Positions 1 to 8,162 of a stretch of 64,000 nucleotides of DNA are shown here, one piece after another. The translations under genes were made by a program, and so were the position numbers. Below the pieces are notes generated by a model. That model had not been told where the DNA came from and ran no database searches. It saw only the letters and a list, made by a program, of their open reading frames with translations. The stretch covers positions 178,910-242,909 of the forward strand of contig JAQTYZ010000001.1 of NCBI GenBank assembly GCA_028688055.1, given 5' to 3'. How positions within the stretch are numbered: position 1 is the first letter of the stretch; every line of letters begins with the position of its first letter. The stretch is from Patescibacteria group bacterium. GTDB taxonomy: Bacteria > Patescibacteriota > Patescibacteriia > Buchananbacterales > UBA6539.

Positions 1-1559
1 CGGGAACGGCGGCCACGGAAGCTGAGGAATTTCGAAAAATTTATGATCTTGATGTTGCCGTTATTCCGACCAATAAAGTACTGGTCAGAAAAGATTTGTC
101 TGATCGAATTTATAAAAATGAGGCAGCCAAGTTTCAAGCGGTGATTGATGAAGTTAAGGTCTGCAATGCTAAGGGACAGCCGGTTTTGATTGGTACAATT
201 TCGATTGAAAAAAATGAACTACTCCACAACCTTTTGGAACGCAATGGTGTTCCACATCAGGTTTTAAATGCCAAATTTCACGAAAAAGAAGCTCATATTA
301 TTTCCCAAGCCGGCCGCTTGGGCGCGGTGACGGTTGCCACCAATATGGCCGGTCGCGGCGTCGACATTAAATTAGGCGGCGATCCGGTTGATATTGAAGA
401 AGAACAGCAGATAAAAGATTTAGGCGGTTTGTTGATTATCGGAACGGAACGCCACGAATCAAGACGCATTGACAATCAGCTCCGCGGCCGCGGCGGCCGA
501 CAAGGCGATCCGGGAATTTCTCAGTTTTATGTTTCGCTTGATGATGACTTAATGAGAGTCTTTGGCGGATCAAGAATAAAAAATGTGATGGAACGGCTTA
601 AGGTGCCTGACGATATGCCAATTGAAAATGGTTTGATTTCAAGATCATTAGAAACGGCTCAGAAAAAAGTTGAGGGGTTTCATTTTGACACCCGCAAACA
701 TTTAGTTGAATACGACGACGTTTTAAATAAACATCGTGATACCATTTATAAAAAACGCCGTGAAATTTTGGAAGGTGATAATTTGAAAAATCAGGTTTTG
801 GATTATGTTGAAGCTGAAATAAAAGATGTTGTTACTTTTCATACTCAGGATGCGGATGAAAATAGCTGGGATATGGAAGAAATCTATGAAGTTGTCAATA
901 CCATTTTTTCTGTTTCGTCTGACGCTAGGTTGAAATTAACTGAAATTCAAAGTCAGGCCGGAACGGAAATTCAGGATCAAGATTCTAAAACCAAATTGAT
1001 TGGGTATATTTTCAAGTTGGCTGTTGAAGAATACAACAAACTTGAAGCCGAGGTTTTGAAAACGGTCGGCAACGACGAAGCGATGAAGCAGGTTGAAAAG
1101 GGAATTATGCTCCGAAGTATTGATACGCTTTGGATTGAACACCTCGAGGCCCTTGATCATTTGCGAACCGGCATCGGCTTGCGCGGTTACGGCCAGCGCG
1201 ATCCGCTCGTTGAATATAAGCGCGAGGCGTTTAATTTGTTTAAAGAGCTATTGAAAATAATTCGCAAGCAGATTGTTTATAGTGTTTATAAGGTTGGTTT
1301 TGCCACGCAAATTGGTCCGTCGGTGATGCAACAAGCTCCAGGATTAACTTTTCAAGCGCCGGCAAAAACGATGTCGGAAGGAAAATCGGCCATTGCGGCA
1401 GCGGCTAATGCCACTTCACCCCAACAAGACGAAGCGGCTGCGCGCGAAACTACTATGACTCAGGATTCTCATAATTATTATAACGGCGTCCGCGTCGGAC
1501 GAAATGACGCCTGTCCCTGCGGCAGTGGTAAAAAATTTAAGAAGTGTCATGGAAAATAA
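1..1559 (+). CDS. secA: Preprotein translocase SecA (5'-truncated by window)
   Basis: Frame open from position 3 (GTAATEAEEF); motifs ATNMAGRGVDI, ERHESRRIDNQLRGR, GQRDPLVEYK and C-terminal SEC-C GRNDACPCGSGKKFKKCHGK. Confidence 0.98.
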   Translation, partial: GTAATEAEEFRKIYDLDVAVIPTNKVLVRKDLSDRIYKNEAAKFQAVIDEVKVCNAKGQPVLIGTISIEKNELLHNLLERNGVPHQVLNAKFHEKEAHIISQAGRLGAVTVATNMAGRGVDIKLGGDPVDIEEEQQIKDLGGLLIIGTERHESRRIDNQLRGRGGRQGDPGISQFYVSLDDDLMRVFGGSRIKNVMERLKVPDDMPIENGLISRSLETAQKKVEGFHFDTRKHLVEYDDVLNKHRDTIYKKRREILEGDNLKNQVLDYVEAEIKDVVTFHTQDADENSWDMEEIYEVVNTIFSVSSDARLKLTEIQSQAGTEIQDQDSKTKLIGYIFKLAVEEYNKLEAEVLKTVGNDEAMKQVEKGIMLRSIDTLWIEHLEALDHLRTGIGLRGYGQRDPLVEYKREAFNLFKELLKIIRKQIVYSVYKVGFATQIGPSVMQQAPGLTFQAPAKTMSEGKSAIAAAANATSPQQDEAAARETTMTQDSHNYYNGVRVGRNDACPCGSGKKFKKCHGK

Positions 1560-1839
1560 AGACGCAATCAAGCAAAGAATGTTGCAGAATGGTTACTCAA
1601 TCATCAATGAGTACAATGATCCTCCAAATGAGGTTTTTCCCGATCACGATCATCCCGGCGATCAGCTATTGGTTGTTATTAAGGGATCGATTGAAATAGT
1701 GATGGATGGGAAGACTTCAATTTTAAGACCAGGAGATGAGATATTCTTTCCAGCCAAAATGATGCATAGCGCAAAAATTGGCTCGCAAGGATGTTTTTAT
1801 ATTGACGGTGAGTGTCCTCTAGAAAAGTCAAAAATTTAA
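1549..1839 (+). CDS. Cupin domain protein
   Basis: FPDHDHPGDQLLVVIKGSIEI...LRPGDEIFFPAKMMHSA cupin motifs; ATG at 1549 overlaps the secA end. Confidence 0.85.
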   Translation: MENKDAIKQRMLQNGYSIINEYNDPPNEVFPDHDHPGDQLLVVIKGSIEIVMDGKTSILRPGDEIFFPAKMMHSAKIGSQGCFYIDGECPLEKSKI

Positions 1840-1868
1840 AAAAGTGCAACGGAAAAATTGGGAATAAG

Positions 1869-2315
1869 ATGATAAAAATATTTTACAAACTGATTATTCC
1901 ATTAAGAAAATTCTATTGGTTCATATTCAGACCAAAAACAACAGGAGTAAAGGTGATTGTGAAATATAATGAAGACGTGTTGATGATAAAAAATGCGTAT
2001 GGCAAAAGCATCTGGACTTTTCCTGGAGGTGCAGTTGAGAAAAGTGAATTACCGGAAGATGCCGCCGCGAGAGAAGTAATGGAAGAGGTTGGTATTAAAG
2101 TTTCTGGCGTAAAAAAAATTGGACAACTCTTGAATACGCGCGAATACAAAAAGGATACGATTTACTGTTATGTGGCTATAACAACTGGTAAGACAGTACA
2201 AACTGATCCCAATGAGATCCGAGAGTGTAAATGGTTCAATAAAAACAAGCTACCCTCTGAAATATCATCAATAGCTAGAGAGGCTATATCCCTGTGGACG
2301 CAGAAATTGATTTAA
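1869..2315 (+). CDS. NUDIX hydrolase
   Basis: Nudix box GGAVEKSELPEDAAAREVMEEVG; likely start ATG 1869. Confidence 0.9.
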   Translation: MIKIFYKLIIPLRKFYWFIFRPKTTGVKVIVKYNEDVLMIKNAYGKSIWTFPGGAVEKSELPEDAAAREVMEEVGIKVSGVKKIGQLLNTREYKKDTIYCYVAITTGKTVQTDPNEIRECKWFNKNKLPSEISSIAREAISLWTQKLI

Positions 2316-2338
2316 GAAGTGTTACAGATCATAAAAAT

Positions 2339-2734
2339 ATGAGAGTCTTTGTTACTGCATCATTTGGCGATACTAAAGTAAATATAGAAAGTATGTGTGC
2401 TGTGGTGCGAGCCGCTGGATTTGAGGATTTTTGTTTTGTCAGGGACATAGAAAATTACCAGAAAGTTTTTGACGATCCGAAAGAATTGATGCAAAGAGCA
2501 AAAGAAGAAATTAGAAAGTCAGATATTTTACTAATTGATATGAGTGATAAGCCTACGGGGCGGGCGATTGAAACAGGGATTGCCTATGCTTTTGGTAAGA
2601 AAATTATTGTTATCATGAAAAAAGGAACTTTTATTAAAGATACTGCCAAGGGGATTGCCGACATGGTAATTGAATATGACAATATAGCCGATATCTCGAC
2701 TAGGCTTAAAGAATTTATGAATACTCAGAAATAA
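2339..2734 (+). CDS. Nucleoside 2-deoxyribosyltransferase-like protein
   Basis: SDILLIDM...GRAIETGIAYAFGKKIIV family motif; likely start 2339. Confidence 0.75.
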   Translation: MRVFVTASFGDTKVNIESMCAVVRAAGFEDFCFVRDIENYQKVFDDPKELMQRAKEEIRKSDILLIDMSDKPTGRAIETGIAYAFGKKIIVIMKKGTFIKDTAKGIADMVIEYDNIADISTRLKEFMNTQK

Positions 2735-2747
2735 AATAAGAAGCGTC

Positions 2748-3197
2748 ATGTCGCATGAAGAACGATTCAAATTAATACCCTCGGTGTACGCGTTATTTAT
2801 CCAGGGTGAAAAGATTTTACTGCTTAGGCGATTTAATACTGGCTTTGAAGATGGTAAATATGGTCTGGTTGCCGGACATGCTGATGGCGGCAATACTATG
2901 AGATCCGAAATGGCTAGAGAGACCAGCGAAGAGGCTGGGGTGAAAATTAAATTAGATGACATCAATCTAGCTCTGACTATGCATCGTTGGTGCGGTGATC
3001 ACGAGAGAATAGATTTCTTTTTTATCATAAAAAAATGGAGCGGTGAAATAAAAAATATGGAACTTGATAAATGTGATGATTTATCTTGGTTTGCCCTTAA
3101 CCAGTTACCGGAAAATACCATCCCTTACATTAGAGCCGCAATTGATTACTACTTAAAAGGAGAAAAATATTGTGAGTTTGGCTGGGATCCGATTTAA
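2748..3197 (+). CDS. NUDIX hydrolase
   Basis: LLRRFNTGFEDGKYGLVAGH...ARETSEEAG and NMELDKCDDLSWF. Confidence 0.9.
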   Translation: MSHEERFKLIPSVYALFIQGEKILLLRRFNTGFEDGKYGLVAGHADGGNTMRSEMARETSEEAGVKIKLDDINLALTMHRWCGDHERIDFFFIIKKWSGEIKNMELDKCDDLSWFALNQLPENTIPYIRAAIDYYLKGEKYCEFGWDPI

Positions 3198-3300
3198 AGA
3201 CTCTGACGTGAGATATAATTTGGAAGATGTGGTGGAGAGGGTAAGATCAGAAATCCTCCGGCTCGCCAGCTCGCCACCTCCTTTAAAAAAGGAGGAATAA
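3187..3300 (+). pseudogene. C-terminal remnant of a DUF559 (Vsr-like endonuclease) gene
   Basis: Reads IRFKDSDVRYNLEDVVERVRSEILRLASSPPPLKKEE*, resembling the DUF559 C-terminus (RFxNxDVxxNLEGVLExI); no 5' part. Confidence 0.55.
3255..3295. repeat. REP-like palindromic element
   Basis: CCTCCGGCTCGCC...CCACCTCCTTT-AAA-AAAGGAGG; 8-bp perfect stem 3277-3284/3288-3295. Confidence 0.6.
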
Positions 3301-3314
3301 ATACGATAAATGTC

Positions 3315-3659
3315 ATGGTAAATCACAATAGTATGCAAATGGAAGATTTGAAAAAATTTATTAAAAAAGAAGACCAACGGTTAAGAAAATACTACGGTAA
3401 TTTTGAAGATGAGGAAAAACACATCTTGGCCAGAACAGTAAAACTGACTGAAGAATTAGGCGAATTGTGCGATGAAGTTTTAAGTTACCATTCTCTGCAG
3501 CGCCAAGATAAACTTGATAAGCGTGATGCCAATAATCTGTCCGAAGAATTTGCCGATGTGGTGATCACGACTTTTCTGTTGGCCGAAGCGATGAAGGTCG
3601 ATATTGAAAAAGCTCTTAAACAAAAAATAGTGAAAATTAATAAAAGGTATAAGAAATAA
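3315..3659 (+). CDS. MazG-like nucleotide pyrophosphohydrolase
   Basis: KLTEELGELCDEV...EEFADVVIT; start may be 3339. Confidence 0.88.
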   Translation: MVNHNSMQMEDLKKFIKKEDQRLRKYYGNFEDEEKHILARTVKLTEELGELCDEVLSYHSLQRQDKLDKRDANNLSEEFADVVITTFLLAEAMKVDIEKALKQKIVKINKRYKK

Positions 3660-3665
3660 TTTTTT

Positions 3666-4154
3666 ATGAAAATTACGTTTATTCAAACCGGCGGGACAAT
3701 CGATAAGGAATATCCCAAAACTACCAAGGGTTATGCTTTTGAAATTGGAGAGCCGGCAGTAAAAAGAATTTTGGAAAAAATTAACCCGGTATTTGAGTAT
3801 GAGATTATTCCGCTGTTACAAAAGGACAGTTTGGATATTACCGAGAAAGATCGAGAAAAAATTACGCTGGCATGTAAAAATAATCAAAACGATAAAATTG
3901 TTATCACCCACGGTACTGACACTATGGCTGAGACAGCGGAAAAGTTAAGTGAGATTAAAGATAAGACTATTGTGATCACGGGCGCGATGAGACCGGAAAA
4001 ATTTTATGATTCTGATGCGATGTTTAATGTTGGCGCGGCCATAATTTCAGCGGCGAACTTACCTCGCGGTGTGTATATCACTATGAATGGGCGAGTCTAT
4101 GAATGGAACAAGGTAAAAAGAGACATAGTCACTGGTCAGTTTATTGAAGCTTAA
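3666..4154 (+). CDS. Short asparaginase-domain protein
   Basis: TGGTIDK, ITHGTDTM and TGAMRP motifs. Confidence 0.9.
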   Translation: MKITFIQTGGTIDKEYPKTTKGYAFEIGEPAVKRILEKINPVFEYEIIPLLQKDSLDITEKDREKITLACKNNQNDKIVITHGTDTMAETAEKLSEIKDKTIVITGAMRPEKFYDSDAMFNVGAAIISAANLPRGVYITMNGRVYEWNKVKRDIVTGQFIEA

Positions 4155-4164
4155 TTCGAATATA

Positions 4165-4581
4165 ATGCCAGAAAAAGCAACCATAAAACATATCGAATTT
4201 TGGGTTTCTGATCTAGAGCACGCAATTAAGTTCTATGAGAGTATTTTTAAAATTGTTGGCTGGAAGAAAGTTGAATCTAATGCTTTTAGTAATGGCGAGA
4301 CCAAAATTTATTTTATTGAGCAGGATGTTAAATTAGCAACAACGGTTGGCCCTAGGCACATATGTTTTTTGGCAAGCTCTAGAAAAATTGTGAATGAAGT
4401 TGCCAGTTTTCTAACCAAAACCAAAGGCGATATAATTCGGGGTCCCCTGGAATCGCCATATAAAAACCGGAGCTCATATACGGTGGATTTTAGGGATTTG
4501 GACGGATACATTATCGAGGTGGCAACTAAAGCAACGGCTTTAAAACTCGATAGAAGTGTCGGTGCTATGGGTCGTAAATAA
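4165..4581 (+). CDS. VOC/glyoxalase family protein
   Basis: HIEFWVSDLEHAIKFY, GPRHICF, FRDLDGYIIEV. Confidence 0.88.
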   Translation: MPEKATIKHIEFWVSDLEHAIKFYESIFKIVGWKKVESNAFSNGETKIYFIEQDVKLATTVGPRHICFLASSRKIVNEVASFLTKTKGDIIRGPLESPYKNRSSYTVDFRDLDGYIIEVATKATALKLDRSVGAMGRK

Positions 4582-4631
4582 TTATGATAAATGTTCCAGT
4601 AGTAAATTTACTGATGTAAAAAAATATTCGT

Positions 4632-5111
4632 ATGATTTTAGATGGTAGCCGAAAAATACTAACTTTGTGTCTGGTAATTAAAGATGGCCAAATATTGTTA
4701 GGAATGAAAAAGCGGGGATTAGGTACCGGCAAATGGAATGGCTTTGGCGGTAAGGTTGAGGTGGGGGAAACAATTGAAGAAGCAACGAAGCGTGAAATGT
4801 TTGAAGAATCGGGAATTGAAATCAAAACAATGTATCAGCTTGGCATCAACGAATTTGAATTTCGTGGTCAGCCTGGAATTTTAGCAGTCCACGTATACAA
4901 AGCGGTGGATTTTTTTGGTGAGCCGACGGAAACGGAAGAAATGAGGCCGCAGTGGTTTGATCTTTCAGCCGTTCCTTTTGCCAAGATGTGGGATGATGAT
5001 CGTTATTGGTTTAAACTTTTTTTGGCTGATAAAAAATTCCGCGGCCGATATTTGTTTAATGAAAATGAAAAAGTTATTGATTACTCCTTGGCAGAGATTG
5101 AAGATTTTTAA
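4632..5111 (+). CDS. 8-oxo-dGTP diphosphatase-like NUDIX (MTH1-type)
   Basis: LLGMKKRGLGTGKWNGFGGKVE...REMFEESG, ETEEMRPQWF, MWDDDRYW. Confidence 0.9.
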   Translation: MILDGSRKILTLCLVIKDGQILLGMKKRGLGTGKWNGFGGKVEVGETIEEATKREMFEESGIEIKTMYQLGINEFEFRGQPGILAVHVYKAVDFFGEPTETEEMRPQWFDLSAVPFAKMWDDDRYWFKLFLADKKFRGRYLFNENEKVIDYSLAEIEDF

Positions 5112-5149
5112 AATGAAGGGGCGTCAATCCGGAATCTAAAAATTGTTAT

Positions 5150-5174
5150 GATCCTGAACCAAGTTCAGGATGAC
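5150..5174. repeat. REP-like palindrome GATCCTGAAC-CAA-GTTCAGGATGAC
   Basis: 9-bp perfect inverted repeat 5151-5159/5163-5171; degenerate relative at 34862-34927. Confidence 0.65.
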
Positions 5175-5186
5175 GGGATAAATTTT

Positions 5187-6050
5187 ATGCCTGAATTGCC
5201 GGAAGTTGAAACTCTTAAACGCGATCTAAAAATTATCAAAGGTAAAACCATTGCGTTGGTTAAAATTAATTGGCCGAAGATGGTTATGCCGCTAAGTGTT
5301 AGAAGTTTTACCCAAAGAGTTAAAGGTAAAAAAATTGTTGATGTAATTCGTCGCGCTAAGGTTTTATTTTTTAAATTATCAAATGATTATTATATTGCCG
5401 TACATTTGAAAATGACCGGTCAATTAATTTTTCAGCCCAAACAGGGGAGCTTAGTCGTGGGTGGTCATCCGCAAAAGGATGGTGCCGCCGGTTTGCCTAA
5501 TAACTATACTCATGTTGTCATTAATTTTACTGATGAATCAACGTTGTTCTTTAATGATTTGCGTAAGTTTGGCTGGATGAGGTTAATTGATCAAAAAGAT
5601 TTTGACAAGTTCAATAGTGATTTTGGCATTGAACCGCTGAGTCAGAAGTTTAAATTTGAAAAATTTAGTGAGCTACTAAAGCGTTACCCAAATCGAAAAA
5701 TTAAACAGACCTTAATGGATCACACTTTGATCTCCGGGATTGGCAATATTTATGCTGATGAGAGTTGCTATGACGCAAAAATTTTACCGAGCCGGGTGGT
5801 CAAAACCTTGAAACCTAAGGAAATCAAGAGCCTGCACGATGCGATAAAAAAAATATTAAAATTGGCGATCGTTAAAAAAGGGACTTCCTTTCGTAATTAT
5901 TTGAAATCAAACGGCCGCCCCGGCGGGATGGTTAAATATTTGAAGGTTTATGGTCGGGCCAATCAAACCTGCCAGCGTTGTCAGACGCCGATTTTAAAAA
6001 TCAAACAAAACGGCCGCGGCACGCATTTTTGTCCGAAGTGTCAGCATTAA
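5187..6050 (+). CDS. mutM: Formamidopyrimidine-DNA glycosylase
   Basis: N-terminal MPELPEVET, HLKMTG, GIGNIYADE, C-terminal zinc finger CQRC...CPKCQ. Confidence 0.97.
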   Translation: MPELPEVETLKRDLKIIKGKTIALVKINWPKMVMPLSVRSFTQRVKGKKIVDVIRRAKVLFFKLSNDYYIAVHLKMTGQLIFQPKQGSLVVGGHPQKDGAAGLPNNYTHVVINFTDESTLFFNDLRKFGWMRLIDQKDFDKFNSDFGIEPLSQKFKFEKFSELLKRYPNRKIKQTLMDHTLISGIGNIYADESCYDAKILPSRVVKTLKPKEIKSLHDAIKKILKLAIVKKGTSFRNYLKSNGRPGGMVKYLKVYGRANQTCQRCQTPILKIKQNGRGTHFCPKCQH

Positions 6051-6051
6051 G

Positions 6052-6486
6052 TTAGAATTGCAGCCAAGCTAAGATTATAGTCAGTCCAATGCCCCAGATT
6101 ATACCGCCCGTAATTTCAAAGATACTGTGACCCATCTGCTCTCTGAATAGGGGTAGATTTTTTTGCTCATCAGCTTTTAATCTTTTGACGAGCTGATTGA
6201 ATACTTTTGCCTGTTTACCTAAAAGGCCGCGAAACGCAACGGCATCTCTCATCGTTAGCAAGGCAAAAACCAGCGCTACCGCGAATAGCGGATTGTCAAA
6301 ACCGTTCCTTAAACCTATTAAAGTCGTCAGTGAAACGGTCAGCGCGGTGTGAGATGACGGCATCCCGCCGTAGCTGATAAAAATATTTTGCAAATCAAAA
6401 TTACCTTTGATGCCATCGGTTAAAAGTTTAATTATCTGGCTGGTAATTAATACAATTATTGGTATAATAATATAAGAAAGATCCAT
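6052..6486 (-). CDS. Divergent PAP2 family (DUF212) membrane protein
   Basis: YGGMPSSHT and MGHSIFE motifs; TM segments. Confidence 0.88.
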   Translation of the reverse strand: MDLSYIIIPIIVLITSQIIKLLTDGIKGNFDLQNIFISYGGMPSSHTALTVSLTTLIGLRNGFDNPLFAVALVFALLTMRDAVAFRGLLGKQAKVFNQLVKRLKADEQKNLPLFREQMGHSIFEITGGIIWGIGLTIILAWLQF

Positions 6487-6507
6487 AATTATTTAAATTA
6501 ATAGTAA

Positions 6508-7329
6508 ATGAGTAATATTTTTTTAGCTGTCTTGGCCGGTTTTATTCAAGGCATCTCAGAATTTTTACCGATTTCCAGTTCGGGTCACTTGGTAATATTT
6601 CATGATTTTTTAAATTTTAACTTTCCTGATAATCTGGCCTTTGATGTGGTGTTGCACCTTGGAACGCTATTAGCGTTATTGATTTTTTTCTGGGCTGACG
6701 TTTGGCGGTATGTAGTGTCTTTTTTTTCCAGCTTCAGGCATTGGAATGTGAAAAATAATATTGACCAGAAAATGGCGTGGCTATTATTAATGGCGACAAT
6801 TCCGGCGGTGGTCGTCGGTTATTTATTTGATAACGCCGCGGAAACCTATTTACGTAGCTCGGCACTGGTAGCGATAATGCTAATCGTTTTTGGAATAATT
6901 CTTTACGTCGCCGATCGATTTTTGCTTCAGGTTAAATCACTCAACCAAATAACGGTCGTCAATTCGCTCGTCATCGGTTTTGCTCAAGCTATTGCCTTAA
7001 TCCCCGGCGTTTCAAGATCTGGCATTACCATTATAGCAGGTTTGAGCCAAAAATTTAAAAGGCAGGACGCCGCGCGGTTTTCGTTTTTGCTTTCAATGCC
7101 GATCATTTTTGGCGCGGGGGCTAAAAAAATTATTGATTTAATGCAGGGGCAAGGTGCCAACAATTCTGAATTTTTGATTTTAACTCTTGGCTTCATTTCG
7201 TCAGCGCTAACTGGCTATTTCTGTATTAAATTTTTTCTTAGTTACTTGCAAAATCACTCGTTAAAAATATTTGCTTACTACCGGATCATTATCGGCATTG
7301 TAATATTAATTTTTCTCTACTTCCGTTAA
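6508..7329 (+). CDS. uppP: Undecaprenyl-diphosphate phosphatase
   Basis: QGISEFLPISSSGH and PGVSRSG motifs. Confidence 0.95.
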   Translation: MSNIFLAVLAGFIQGISEFLPISSSGHLVIFHDFLNFNFPDNLAFDVVLHLGTLLALLIFFWADVWRYVVSFFSSFRHWNVKNNIDQKMAWLLLMATIPAVVVGYLFDNAAETYLRSSALVAIMLIVFGIILYVADRFLLQVKSLNQITVVNSLVIGFAQAIALIPGVSRSGITIIAGLSQKFKRQDAARFSFLLSMPIIFGAGAKKIIDLMQGQGANNSEFLILTLGFISSALTGYFCIKFFLSYLQNHSLKIFAYYRIIIGIVILIFLYFR

Positions 7330-7445
7330 ACCGATTATTATCTAAAAAATGAAAGGGTTGCCTGTTTGGGCTGTGTTTGTTAGGATATTTGTGTCGATGC
7401 TGGCCTCGAATAAATCAGAGGCCTTAATTAATCAGTATTATCGTA

Positions 7446-8162
7446 ATGAAAGCAATAATTTTAGCTGGCGGCGAAGGGACGAGGTTGCACCCGCTCACCT
7501 ATAAAATTCCCAAAGCGCTAATTCCGGTTCAGGGTAAAACCCTAACGGAACATGTTTTAGATATTTACAAGAAAGTTGGCGTCACGGATATTATTATGTC
7601 GATAAGCTATTTGGCCGAGCAGATGACTGAATATTTTGGTGATGGATCGAAATTTGGAGTTACGGTTGAATACTTGAAAGAAGAAGAACGTCGCGGAACG
7701 GCTGGACCACTTTTAATGCTCAGGGAAGCCAACCGGCAGTTGGTTGAGGATTTTTATATGTGCAATGGTGATAATTTATTTTCGCTGGATTTGAATCAAA
7801 TGCTTGAACGGCATCAACAAAGCGGCGCGGTGGCGACCATTGCTTTAACGGAAGTGGAAGATCCGACCAGCCGCGGGGTGGTCAGAATGGAAGGCGCCAA
7901 AATCGTTGAATTTGTTGAAAAACCGACGCGCGAAGAGGCCCCATCTAATTATGTGAGTTCCGGTTATTATATTTTAGCGCCCGAAGTTTTTAATTTTTTA
8001 CCAGACCAAAAATTTGTCATGCTCGAAACTGATGTCTGGCCGGTATTGGCCAAGGCCGGCAAATTATTTGGTTTTAAATCTTCAGCCCAATGGTTTGACA
8101 CCGGCACGCCTGAACGCTATTTAGATGTTGAACAAAATTGGAAGGGGGTAAATCATGATTAA
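7446..8162 (+). CDS. Sugar-phosphate nucleotidyltransferase family
   Basis: ILAGGEGTRLHPLT...PKALI, FVEKP, WFDTGTP. Confidence 0.9.
   Translation: MKAIILAGGEGTRLHPLTYKIPKALIPVQGKTLTEHVLDIYKKVGVTDIIMSISYLAEQMTEYFGDGSKFGVTVEYLKEEERRGTAGPLLMLREANRQLVEDFYMCNGDNLFSLDLNQMLERHQQSGAVATIALTEVEDPTSRGVVRMEGAKIVEFVEKPTREEAPSNYVSSGYYILAPEVFNFLPDQKFVMLETDVWPVLAKAGKLFGFKSSAQWFDTGTPERYLDVEQNWKGVNHD

Larger units (their letters stand above)
1533..5150 (+). repeat. Dispersed degenerate direct repeats of the secA 3' end at gene junctions
   Basis: Reference 1533-1559 AAATTTAAGAAGTGTCATGGAAAATAA; copies at 1832-1856, 2289-2334, 2737-2758, 3299-3325, 3642-3659 (partial), 4552-4577 and 5133-5150. Confidence 0.75.

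Noticed and set aside
4152-4176. secA-tail copy at the asparaginase/VOC junction (AATATAATGCCAGAAAA)
   Set aside because: Similarity is too weak to separate from AT-rich background.
1559-5187. Classical integron (intI/attC)
   Set aside because: No integrase and no RYYYAAC...GTTRRRY palindromic attC sites; the junction repeats are direct copies of the secA tail.
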